Assembly (NCBI GenBank): GCA_030390025.1
Contig: CM059433.1
Span: 5,952,001-6,016,000 of the forward strand
Source of the DNA: Squalus acanthias
Taxonomy: Eukaryota
DNA: 64,000 nucleotides
Direction: 5' to 3'
Below, piece by piece: positions 40,653 to 52,193 of this stretch; the stretch's first letter is position 1; every line of letters starts with the position of its first letter. Made by a program: the position numbers and the translations under genes. The notes below the pieces were generated by a model that saw only the letters and a program-made list of their open reading frames with translations, was not told the DNA's origin and searched no databases.

Positions 40653-41751
40653 GGTTGGCGGACAGAAAGCAGAGAGTAGGAATTAATGGGTCTTTTTCCA
40701 AATGGCAAGTAGTGACTAGTGGGGTACCGCAGGGATCGGTCCTTGGACCCCAGCTATTCACAATATACATTAATGATCTAGATAAGGGAACTAAATGTAA
40801 TATCTCCAAGTTTGCAGATGACACAAAGCTGGGTGGGAGTGTGTGCTGCGAGGAGGATACCGAGAAACTCCAGGATGATTTGGACAGGTTGGGTGATTGG
40901 GCAGAAGTGTGGCAGATGCAATATAACGTGGATAAATGCGAGGTTATCCACTTTGGTGTCAAAAACAGAAAGGCAGACTATTATCTGAATGGCAATAGAT
41001 TGGGAGAAGGGGAAGTGCAACGAGACCTGGGTGTCCTTGTGCACCAGTCGCTGAAAGTAAGCATGCAGGTGCAGCAGGCGGTGAAGAAGGCAAATGGTAT
41101 GTTGGCCTTCATAGCGAAAGGGTTTGAGTATAGGAACAGGGATGTCCTGCTGCAGTTGTACAGGGCCTTGGTGAGACCACACCTTGAGTACTGTGTGCAG
41201 TTTTGGTCGCCTTATCTGAGGAAGGATGTTCTTGCCATGGAAGGAGTTCAGCGAAGATTCACAAGGCTGATACCTGGGATGGCAGGAATGACATATGAGG
41301 AGAGATTGGGTCGATTGGGCTTATACTCGCTGGAGTATAGAAGAATGAGAGGGGATCTCATCGAAACATATAAAATTCTGACAGGTCTGGACAAACTAGA
41401 TGCAGGAAGAATGTTCCCGATGGTCGGAGAGTCCAGAACCAGGGGTCATAATCTAAGGATAAGGGGTAAGCCATTTAGGACAGAAATGAGGAAGAATTTC
41501 TTCACCCAGAGAGTGGTGAACCTGTGGCATTCTCTACCACAGAAGGTAGTTGAGGCCAAGTCATTAAATATATTCAAGAATGAGTTAGATATATTTCTTA
41601 AAGCTAAAGGTATCAAGGGATATGGGGAGAAGGCAGGTACAGGGTACTGAGTTTGGATGATCAGCCATGATCTCATCGAATGGCGGAGCAGGCTCGAGGG
41701 GCCGAATGGCCTACTCCTGCTCCTATCTTCTATGTTTCTATGTTTCTATGT
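40653..41751 (+). mobile_element. CR1 copy A, unit 9
   Basis: ORF 40616-41650. Confidence 0.93.
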
Positions 41752-43454
41752 CTTCACAAAGGAGGACACAAATAACCTCCCAGAGATGTCGGGGAACATA
41801 GGGTCTAATGAGAGGGAGGAACTGAATGAAATCAGTATTTGTAGGGAAATGGTATAAGGGAAATTGACGGGATTGAAGGCCGATAAATCCCCAGGGCCTG
41901 ATAATCTACATCCTAGGGTACTTAAGGAAGTGGCCCTAGAAATAGTAGATGCATTGCTGGTCATCTTCCAAACATCTATAGACTCTGGAACAGTTCCCAT
42001 GGATTGGAGGGTAGCTAATGTAACCCCACTATTTAAAAGAGGTGGTAGAGAGAAAATGGGGAATTATAGACCGGTAAGCCTGATATCGGTAGTGGGGAAA
42101 ATGCTCGAGTCCATTATAAAAGATGTAATAGCAGAGCACTTGGAAAACAGTGACAGGATCGGACAAAGTCAACATGGATTTACAAAAGGTAAATCATGCT
42201 TGACTAATCTACAGGGTGTAACTGGTAGAATAGATAAGGGAGAACCAGTACACGTGGTGTATTTGGACTTTCAGAAGGCTTTCGATAAGGTCCCGCATAA
42301 GAGATTAGCGTGCAAAGTTAAAGCACATGGGATTGGTGGGGGTAAGGTACTGACTTGGATAGAGAACTGGTTGGCAGACAGGAAGCAAAGAGTTGGAATA
42401 AACGGGTCTTTTTCCGAGTGGCAGGCAGTGACTAGTGGGGTACCGCAGGGATCGGTGCTAGGACCCCAGCTATTCACAATATATATTAATGATCTAGACG
42501 AGGGAACTAGATGTAATATCTCCAAGTTTGCAGACAACACAAAGCTGGGTGGGCGTATGTGCTGTGAGGAGGTTGCAGAGAAACTGCAGTATGATTTGGA
42601 CAGGTTGGGTGATTGGGCAGATGCATGGCAGATGCATGGATAAATGCGAGGATATCCACTTTGGTGGCAAAAACAGGAAGGCACATTATCTGAACGGCAA
42701 TAGATTGGGAAAAGGGGAAGTGTAACGAGACCTGCGTGTCCTTGTGCACCAGTCGCTGAAGGTAAGCATGCAGGTGCAGCAGGCGGTTAAGAAGGCAAAT
42801 GGTATGTTGGCCTTCATAGCGAGAGGATTCGAGTACAGGAGCAAGGATGTCTTGCTGCAGTTGTACAGGGCCTTGGTGAGACCACACCTTGAGTATTGTG
42901 TGCAGTTTTGGTCGCCTTATCTGAGGAAGGATGCTCTTGCCATGGAGGGAGTGCAGCGAAGATTCACCAGACTGATACCTGGGATGGCAGGAATGACGTA
43001 TGAAGAGAGATTGGGTCGATTAGGCTTATATTCGCTAGAGTTTAGAAGAATGAGAGGGGATCTCATTGAAACTTATAAAATTCTAACAGGACTAGACAGA
43101 CTAGATGCAGGAAGGCTGTTCCCGATGGCGGGGGAGTCCAGAACCAAGGGTCACAGTCTAAGGATAAGGGGTAAGCCATTTAGGACTGAGAGGAGGAGGA
43201 ATTTCTTCACCCAGAGAGTGGTGAACCTGTGGAATTCTCTACCACAGAAGGCAGTTGAGGCCAATTCATTAAATATCTTCAAGAAGGAGTTAGATATATT
43301 TCTTAAGGCTAAGGGGATCAAGGGATATGGGAGAAAGCAGGGACAGGGTACTGAATTTGGACGATCAGCCATGATCACATTGAATGGCGGAGCAGGCTCG
43401 AGGGGCCGAATGGCCTACTCCTGCTCCTATCTTCTATGTTTCTATGTTTCTATG
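41752..43454 (+). mobile_element. CR1 copy B, unit 9
   Basis: ORFs 41864-42643 and from 42744; CR1 tail. Confidence 0.93.
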
Positions 43455-45125
43455 ACAGTCACTCTCACCTCACCTCTGGAATTCAGCTCTTTTGTCCATG
43501 TTTGGACCAAGGCTGTAATGCGGTCAGGAGCCAAGTGGTCCTGACGGAAACCAAACTGGTCATCGGTGAGCTGGTTATTTGTGCCTTTGTTAGTGCCGCT
43601 TGATAGCATTGTCGATGACAGCTTCCATCACTTTGCTGATGATGGAGAGATGGCTGATGGGATGGTAACGGGCTGTCGGATTAGTCCAGCTTTTTGTGGA
43701 CTGTACATACCTGGCCAATTTACCACTTTGTCGGGGAGATGCCAGTACGGGAGCAGCTTGGATAGTGTTGCAGCTAGTTCTGGACACAGGTCTTCAGCAC
43801 TGCAGCCGCGATGTTGTCAGAACCCATAGCCTTTGCTGTATCCAGTGCACTGTACCGTTCTTGATATCACGTGGAGTGAAGTGAATTAGCTGAAGACTGG
43901 CTTCTGTGATGGTGGGACCTCAGGAGCAGGCTGAGATCATCATCCCCTTGGCACTTGTGACTGAAGATGGTTGCGAAGGCTTCAGCCTTGTCTTTTTCAC
44001 TCAGGTGCTGTGCTCCGCCATCATTGAGGATGTGGATGTTCAAGGAGCCTCCTCCTCCCGTTAGTTGTTTAATTGTCCATCACCATTCCCGACTGGATGT
44101 GACAGGACTGCAGCGCTTTGATCTGATCCATTGGGTGTGGGATCGCTTAGCTCTGTCTATAGCACGCTGCCTCCGCTGTTTAACATGCATATAGTCCTGT
44201 GTTGTAGCTTCACCAAGTTGGTTTCTGATTTTCTGATACACCTGGTGCAGCTCCTGGAATGCTCTTCAACACTCCTTATTGAACCAGGGCTGGTTTGATG
44301 GTAATGGTAGAATGAGGGATATACCAGGCCATGAGTTTACAGATTATGGTGGAATACAATTCTGTTGCTGCTGATGGCCCACAGCGCCTCATGGATGCCC
44401 AGTTTTGAGCTGCTAGATGTGTTCTTAATCTATCCCATTCAGCACAGTGGTAGGGCACACAACACGATGAAGGGGTGTCCTCAGTGACTCGGTAGTACCA
44501 TGATTGTCCAAGCTGGCTGAGTCCTGAAGGACATAGCAGCCAGACTGACTCACGGCAGGTGGTGAGAGAACAAACACGAGCCTCTACCGGGCAACACTTG
44601 GTGAGGGACATTGAAGTCCCCCACCCAGAGTACATTCTGTGCACCAGCAGCCACAGTGCGCCAGAGGAGGAGGGAGTAAATGTTTAAGATGGTGGATGGG
44701 GGAGCTGATTAAGCGGCCTGCTTTCCCCTGGATTGTGTCGAGCTTCGTGAGTGTTGTTGGAGCTGCAACCATCCAGCAAGTGGAAAATATTCCATTGCAC
44801 TCCTGACTTGTGCCTTGTATGGGGTGGAAAGGCTTTGGGGAGTCAGGAGGTGGTGAGTCACTTGCGCAGAATACCCAGCATCTGACTAGCGCTTGTAGGC
44901 ACAGTATTTATTTGGCTGATCTAGTTAAGTTTTTTGTCAATGGTGACCCCCAGGATGTTGATGGTGGGGAATTCAATGATGGTAATGCCATTGACTGTCA
45001 TGGGGAGGTGGTTAGACTCTCTCTTGTTGGAGATGGTCATTGTCTGGCACTTGTGTGTCACAAATGTTACTTGCCACTTATCATCCCCAACCTGAATGTT
45101 GCACGTGGACACAGACTGCCTCATT
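43455..45125 (-). mobile_element. LINE family L fragment, terminal unit
   Basis: Full-length form like 272-1958, with a private small deletion near 45100. Confidence 0.85.
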
Positions 45126-45891
45126 GGGCCAAAAAATCGGCACTTGCCGGGTGAGTACGCGCTGTGTACTCACCCGTCAGGCCTCCTGAAGTGCTGGTTT
45201 CCTGCATGCAGTGCGCATGCGCGGGCAACTGGAACTTCCGGTCTCGTGAAGGGAGGGGTTCAGATGTGAACCGCGTGCACGGGAGAGGCTGCGCGCATGC
45301 AGCGAACTTAGGTTTTTTTTCAGGTTTCTCCGGGAAGGTAAGTATGGAAGAAGCTGCGCTTTTAAAAAGGAGGCGCAGGACCCGTTTTTAACAAGGTAAG
45401 TGGTTAATTAATTACAATTTAAAAACATTTTCAACAGATTTATCTTTTTTAGATACTTTAAAGAAAGGTAAGTTTATTTTTAGCACTCTTAAAAAGTATT
45501 TTAATTTTTTCAAAAATTAAAATTTTTGTTTTAAGTAGTTAATTTATTTAACTTATAGTTATTTTAAAAATGTGATGGTTTTTTAAAAAATGTATTTGAA
45601 GTTTAGGTGTTGTTTTGGGGCCGATTTCAATTCATAGATTTGACACGTCTTCCTGTCAAATCTATGAATGTAAGATGGTCTGCTGCCATTGCCTCTCCAT
45701 GGCCCACATGATCCCAGGAGACGCATCGCAGTAACTACGCCCCTGGGCTACACAAGCACTGCACGCCGGCAGCTGCAGGAGGCCCAGGAGCCGAAGTCCC
45801 CGTGGACCCAGAGGTCAACGGCAGGCGCGGTAGGTAGGTGCGCGCGCGGTCATTGCACCTGCGGGAAGCTAGGGAGCCTAATTTCTGGGCC
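45126..45891. mobile_element. Complete 766-bp non-autonomous TIR element (PIF/Harbinger-like MITE)
   Basis: Imperfect terminal inverted repeats GGGCCAAAAAATCGG...CCTAATTTCTGGGCC. Interrupts a contiguous LINE-L frame (SIRNSSD|NEAVCVH on the minus strand) with a 3-bp near-duplication ATT/AAT. No coding capacity. The superfamily call is inference from the GGG termini and 3-bp TSD. Confidence 0.72.
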
Positions 45892-46626
45892 AATATCTGA
45901 CGAATTGCGAATGTAACTGAGTAACTGCTGCAGCGATGACCTGGAGCTGAGATGATTGGCCTCCAATAACCACAGGCATCTTCCTTTGTGCTAGATATGA
46001 CACCATCCAGTGGAGAGTTTTCACCCGATCACCATTGACTTCAGTTATACTAGGGCTCCTTGGTGCCACACTCGGTCAAATGCTGCCTTGATGTCAAGGA
46101 CAGTCACTCTCACCTCACCTCTGGAATTCAGCTCTTTTTTCCATGTTTGGCCCAATGCTGTAATGAGGTCAGGAGCCAAGTGGTCCTGGCGGAAAGCAAA
46201 CTGGGCATCGGGGAGCAGGTTATTTGTGCTTTGTTAGTGCCTCGTGATAGCATTGTCGATGGCAGCTTCCATCACTTTGCTGATGATGGAGAGATGGCTG
46301 ATGGGGTGGTAACTGGCTGTTGGATTAGTCCCGCTTTTTGCGGACTGAACATACCTGGCCAATTTACCACTTTGTCGGGTAGATGCCAGTACTGGAGCAG
46401 CTTGGCTAGAGGTGCAGATAGTTCTGGAGCACAGGTCTTCAGCTCTGCAGCCGGGATGTTGCCGGGGCCCATAGCCTTTGCTGTATCCAGTGCGCTCTAC
46501 CGTTCTTGATATCACGTGGAGTGAAGTGAATTGGCTGAAGACTGGCTTCTGTGATGGTGGTGACCTCAGGAGCAGGCCGAGATGCATCGTCCACTTGGCA
46601 CTTGTGGCTGAAGGTGGTTGTGAAGG
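45892..46626 (-). mobile_element. LINE family L RT fragment
   Basis: Minus strand: GPGNIPAAELKTCAPEL, SIISKVME, LDIKAAFDRVWH, SYLAQRKMPVVIGGQSS. Confidence 0.88.
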
Positions 46627-49600
46627 AATCAGACTAGGGTCCTGAATTTAAATAAAGGAAACTACGATGGTATGAGGCGCGAATTGGATAGGATGGATTG
46701 GGGAACCTTACTTAAAGGGTTGACGGTGGATAGGCAATCGCAAACATTTAAAGATCGCATGGATAAACTACAGAATTTGTTCATCCCTGTTTGGCATAAA
46801 AATAAAACAAAAAAGGTGACTCAACCGTGGCTAACAAGGGAAATTAGGAATAGCATAAAATCCAAGGAGAGGACATATAAATTGGCCAGAAAAAGCAGCA
46901 AACCTGAGGATTGGGAGCAGTTTAGGATTCAGCAAAGGAGGACAAAGGGATTAATTGAGAGGGGGGAAATAGAGTATGAGAGTAAGCTGGCAGGGAACAT
47001 AAAAACTGACTGTAAAAGCTTCTATAGATATGTGAAGAGAAAAAGATTGGTGAAGTCAAGCGTAGGTCCCTTGCAGTCAGAATCAGGGGAATTTATAATG
47101 GGGAACAAAGAAATGGCAGACCAATTAAATACATACTTTGATTCTGTCTTCACAAAGGAGGACACAAATAACCTCCCAGAGATGTCGGGGAACATAGGGT
47201 CTAATGAGAGGGAAGAACTGAATGAAATCAGTATTTGTAGGGAAATGGTGTTAGGGAGATTGACGGGATTGAAGGCCGATAAATCCCCAGGGCCTGATAA
47301 TCTACATCCTAGGGTACTTAAGGAAGTGGCCCTAGAAATAGTAGATGCATTGCTGGTCATCTTCCAAAATTCTATAGACTCTGGAACAGTTCCCATGGAT
47401 TGGAGGGTAGCTAATGTAACCCAACTATTTAAAAAAGGTGGGAGAGAGAAAACGGGCAATTATAGACCGGTAAGCCTGACATCGGTAGTGGGGAAAATGC
47501 TAGAGTCCATTCTAAAAGATGTAATAGCAGAGCACTTGGAAAACAGTGACAGGATCGGACAAAGTCAACATGGATTTACAAAAGGTAAATCATGCTTGAC
47601 TAATCTACTGGAATTTTTGAGGATGTAACTGGTAGAATAGATAAGGGAGAACCAGTGGATGTGGTGTATTTGGACTTTCAGAAGGCTTTCGATAAGGACC
47701 CGCATAAGAGATTGGCGTGCAAAGTTAAAGCACATGGGATTGTGGGGGTAAGGTACTGACTTGGATAGAGAACTGGTTGGCAGACAGGAAGCAAAGAGTT
47801 GGAATAAACGGGTCTTTTTCCGAGTGGCAGGCAGTGACTAGTGGGGCACCGCAGGGATCGGTGCTAGGACCCCAGTTATTCACAATATATATTAATGATC
47901 TAGACGAGGGTGTAGGGGGTGGTGTGGTAGGGGTCAGCCTCACCTCTGACTCAGCGAGTGGTTCGAATCGCTCCCACGCCCCTGGTTCTGGACCTTTGAC
48001 TTATTTGGGGGTTGTGAACAAAGATGCAGTAGACAACAGGTTCCGATGAAAGAATTTTGACTTTTATTAAAAGAAAAGGTAACAAACTTAAAACACACTT
48101 AACACTTAAACAGGTTGGGGAACACACGGTACAGGCGAGGGAGAATGACAATATACAAAAACCCTTATCCCTCCCAAAAATCCCACTATCTAGCTAGGCC
48201 TTGGTTGCAGGAGATCAGGGATAATGCTCACCAAACAGGGGTTCTGACAGTGCGAAATCCAGCCAGGTAAGTTGATTGCGATTTTGAGGTATTCTGTTTT
48301 TGTCCTTTGGGGCCTGCCGTCCCCACGTGGTACCAGTCTGTGAAATCTGCGATGGTGGTCTGGTCGTCGAGTTTTGTTGCGTTGGAGGCTTGTCGGGGCG
48401 GTACCTTCTGGGGCTGGACCGTGGGTTGAGCGATGCCGACTCGCTCCCAGCCTCCAGTGACCTTGGCTAGTGGCTGCTAGTGCTAGACCGTGTGCTGAGC
48501 GATGCCGACTCGCTCCCAGTGGCCTCAGCTCTAGCCCTTGCCTGGCCTAGTCTGTCCTTGCCTCCGATCTCGCCCCGGGTCTGCCCCGGGGCCTTGCTGC
48601 TTCTCTCCACCTCCTGCTCGTGTCGTGTGGCTGGTAGTGTCTTGCTGGAACTTGCTGCAACTGGAACAGAGCTGAGAGAGACTTTCTTGGGGGATTAGGC
48701 CCTCAATTATACTGTTCAGACCCTTTGTCTTTTTCGCGCCAAAACCCCTTTCCTAAATCGGTTTCGTGTTGAAGTGATTTAGGTTTCAGTTGATGCCTGT
48801 TCATTCCATTGTCTTAGTTTTGCGGGCTTGTTAAGTTTTGATGGTTTTAACTTGGTGTTAAATTGTCCTGATGGCTTCCGACGTCTCCCATTTAGGCAGG
48901 GCCTTTATCTACGTGCCAAATCTTGTCCCTATAGATACCTGGCTGATTGGTTTTTGATGAAGTAATGGCTGTACTAGATGTTTTATTGTTTACAGGCTTC
49001 TGGCATCCTGTTTGGGCCTGGGGATATTCAAAAGGTGTCTTGAATTATTCAATTTTGGATGTGTTGTGAGGTTTTGGGTGAGGTCCTTCCTCCTGCCTGG
49101 ATTGCAGTGCAAACAAATTCCAGACAGCTTGACACCAAAAGTTGTCCACTGCCTCGCCACACCCCTTCGCAAAGTGGGGTTTTTTCCATAGTCATTTTCA
49201 AAAGTCATTTTTCCTCAGGTTTTTTTCTTCCCTGATCTTTAAAATGTCCAAAACTGAGGTTTTTACCTCAAATCATTCCAAATTCGTAGGAAAAATCCAA
49301 AAATCACCCCTTTTAGGGTTCTATACGAGTTTCTGGGGAATTTTGCGAAGCTTACAGGGAACTAGATGTAATATCTCCAAGTTTGCAGACGACACAAAGT
49401 TGGGTGGGCGTGTGTGTTGTGAGGAGGATGCAGAGAAACTCCAGTATGATTTGGACAAGTTGGGTGATTGGGCAGGTGCATGGCAGATGCAATATAATGT
49501 GGATAAATGCGAGGTTATCCACTTTGGTGGCAAAAACAGGAAGGCAGATTATTATCTGAATGGCAATAGATTGGGAAAAGGGGAAGTGCAACGAGATCTG

Positions 49601-50320
49601 GGAGTCCTTGTGCACCAGTCGCTGAAGGTAAGCATGCAGGTGCAGCAGGCGGTTAAGAAGGCAAATGGTATGTTGGCCTTCATAGTGAGAGGATTCGAGT
49701 ACAGGAGCAAGGATGTCTTGCTGCAGTTGTACAGGGCCTTGGTGAGACCACACCTTGAGTATTGTGTGCAGTTTTAGTCGCCTTATCTGAGGAAGGACGC
49801 TCTTGCCATGGAGGGAGTGCAGCGAAGATTCACCAGACTGATAGCTGGGATGGCAGGAATGACGTATGAAGCGAGATTGGGTCGATTAGGCTTATATTCG
49901 CTAGAGTTTAGAAGAATGAGAGGGGATCTCATTGAAACTTATAAAATTCTAACAGGACTAGACAGACTAGATGCAGGAAGGCTGTTCCCGATGGCGGGGG
50001 AGTCCAGAACCAAGGGTCACAGTCTAAGGATAAGGGGTAAGCCATTTAGGACTGAGAGGAGGAGGAATTTCTTCACCCAGAGAGTGGTGAACCTGTGGAA
50101 TTCTCCACCACAGAAGGCAGTTGAGGCCAATTCATTAAATATCTTCAAGAAGGAGTTAGATATATTTCTTAAGGCTAAGGGGATCAAGGGATATGGGGAG
50201 AAAGCAGGGACAGGGTACTGAATTTGGATGATCAGCCATGATTGCATTTAATGGCAGAGCAGGCTTGAGGGGCCGAATGCCTACGCCTGCTCCTATCTTC
50301 TATGTTTCTATGTTTCTATG
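46627..50320 (+). mobile_element. Longer ancestral-type CR1 copy B (5'-truncated ORF2), interrupted by a solo LTR
   Basis: ORF 46672-47628 (PWLT...KSPGPD...YRPVSLTS...QHGF). Resumes at 49357 with FADD intact and ends in (TTCTATGT)n. Lacks the lesions fixed in array B copies. Confidence 0.93.
47911..49356 (-). mobile_element. Probable solo LTR (1,446 bp)
   Basis: Clean insertion into CR1 GACGAGGG|AACTAG with TGTAGG...CTTACA termini and duplicated GGG. Minus-strand AATAAA at ~48063-48068, about 150 bp from the end, and TATA-like TATAAT at ~48706-48711. No long ORF. Confidence 0.75.
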
Positions 50321-51389
50321 ACAGTCACTCTCACCTCACCTCTGCAATTCAGCTCTTTTGTCCATGTTTGGACCAAGGCTGTAATGCGGTCAGGAGCCAA
50401 GTGGTCCTGACGGAAACCAAACTGGTCATCGGTGAGCTGGTTATTTGTGCCTTTGTTAGTGCTGATTGATAGCATTGTCGATGACAGCTTCCATCACTTT
50501 GCTGATGATGGAGAGATGGCTGTTGGGATGGTAACGGGCTGTCGGATTAGTCCAGCTTTTTGTGGACTGTACATACCTGGCCAATTTACCACTTTGTCGG
50601 GGAGATGCCAGTACGGGAACAGCTTGAATAGTGGTGCAGCTAGTTCTGGACACAGGTCTTCAGCACTGCTGCTGCGATGTTGTCAGAACCCATAGCCTTT
50701 GCTGTATCCAGTGAGCTGTACCTTTCTTGATATCACGTGGAGTGAAGTGAATTAGCTGAAGACTGGCTTCTGTGATGGTGGGACCTCAGGAGCAGGCCGA
50801 GATGCATCATCCACTTGGCACTTGTGAGTGAAGATGGTTGCGAAGGCTTCAGCCTTGTCTTTTTCACTCAGGTGCTGTGCTCCGCCATCATTGAGGATGT
50901 GGATGTTCAAGGACCCTCCTCCTCCTGTTAGTTGTTTAATTGTCCCATCACCATTCCCGACTGGATGTGACAGGACTGCAGAGCTTTGATCTGATCCATT
51001 GGGTGTGGGATCGCTTAGCTCTGTCTATAGCACGCTGCCTCCGCTGTTTAACCTGCATATAGTCCTGTGTTGTAGCTTCACCAAGTTGGTTTCTGATTTT
51101 CAGATACACCTGGTGGAGCACCTGGAATGCTCTTCAACACTCCTTATTGAACCAGGGCTGGTTTGATGGTAATGGTAGAATGAGGGATATGCCGGGCCAT
51201 GAGTTTACAGATTATGATGGAATACAATTCTGTTGCTGCTGATGGCCCACAGCGCCTCATGGATGCCCAGTTTTGAGCTGCTAGATGTGCTCTGAATCTA
51301 TTCCATTTAGCACGGTGGTAGTGTACAGAACACGATGAAGGGGTGTCCTCACTGGCTCGGTAGTACCATGATTGACCAAGCTGGCTGAG
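50321..51389 (-). mobile_element. LINE family L fragment, truncated edge copy of the array
   Basis: Matches 272 to ~1340 with more substitutions than internal units; ends abruptly at 51389. Confidence 0.85.
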
Positions 51390-52193
51390 TTATGGGTTGA
51401 ATTATGAAATAAAGGATCTAAGACTGTAGTGGGAGTTGTGTATAGGCCCCCTGGTAGCAGCCGTGAAGTGCTAGATTGTATAAATGAAGAGATTAGACAA
51501 TCGTGTAGCAAAGGCAGAGTGTTTTTAATGGGGGATTTTAACTTTCATATCGATTGGGAAAAGCAAACTAGCACCTGTCAGAAAGGTAGTGAATTTCTTG
51601 AGTGTGTCCGGGATAGTTTTCTACAACAATATGTCCTAGAGGCAACAAGGGGGCAAGTCATATTAGATTTAGTAATGGAGGCGGTGCAACGAAGGTTCAC
51701 TAGATTGATTCCTGGGATGAGAGGGCTGTCCTATGATGAGAGATTGTGTAGAATGGGCCTATACTCTCTGGAGTTTAGAAGAATGAGAGGTGATCTCATT
51801 GAAACATACAAGATTCTGAAAGGGATTGACAGGGTAGATGCTGAGAGGTTGTTTCCCCTGGCTAGAGTGTCTAGAACTAGGGGGCATAGTCTCAGGATAA
51901 GGGGTCGGCCATTTAAGACTGAGATGAGGAGGAATTTCTTCACTCAGAGGGTTGTGAATCTTTGGAATTCTCTGGCCCCAGAGGGCTGTGGATGCTGAGT
52001 CTTTGAGTATATTCAAGGCTGAGATAGATAGATTTTTTAGACTCTAGGGGAATCAAGGGATATGGCAATCGGGCGGGAAAGTGGAGTTGAGGTCGATGAT
52101 CAGCCATGATCTTATTGAATGGCGGAGCAGGCTCGAGGGGCCGTATGGCCTACACCTGCTCTTATTTCTTATTTTCTTATGTTCTTATGTTCT
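51389..52193 (+). mobile_element. Chimeric CR1: endonuclease fragment (51389-51677) fused to a CR1 3' end (51678-52193)
   Basis: GVVYRPP...MGDFN...ILDLV joined directly to EAVQRRFTRLIPG...; 3'UTR and (TTCTTATG)n tail. Confidence 0.85.

Larger units (their letters stand above)
1..51389. repeat. Tandem macrosatellite of nested retroelement/TIR-element fragments (~10 units; runs off the left edge of the window)
   Basis: The same landmark (TTGGGGCCGATTTCAATTCATAG) recurs at 2445, 7459, 12466, 17469, 22484, 27011, 31546, 36081, 40616 and ~45615. Periods are 5014, 5007, 5003, 5015, 4527, 4535, 4535, 4535 and ~4999. The ORF sets repeat almost identically. Confidence 0.97.

Noticed and set aside
49142..49777. 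211-aa ORF as a novel RT fusion gene
   Set aside because: Chance read-through from the LTR end (non-ATG start) into the CR1 frame, terminated by a premature TAG.
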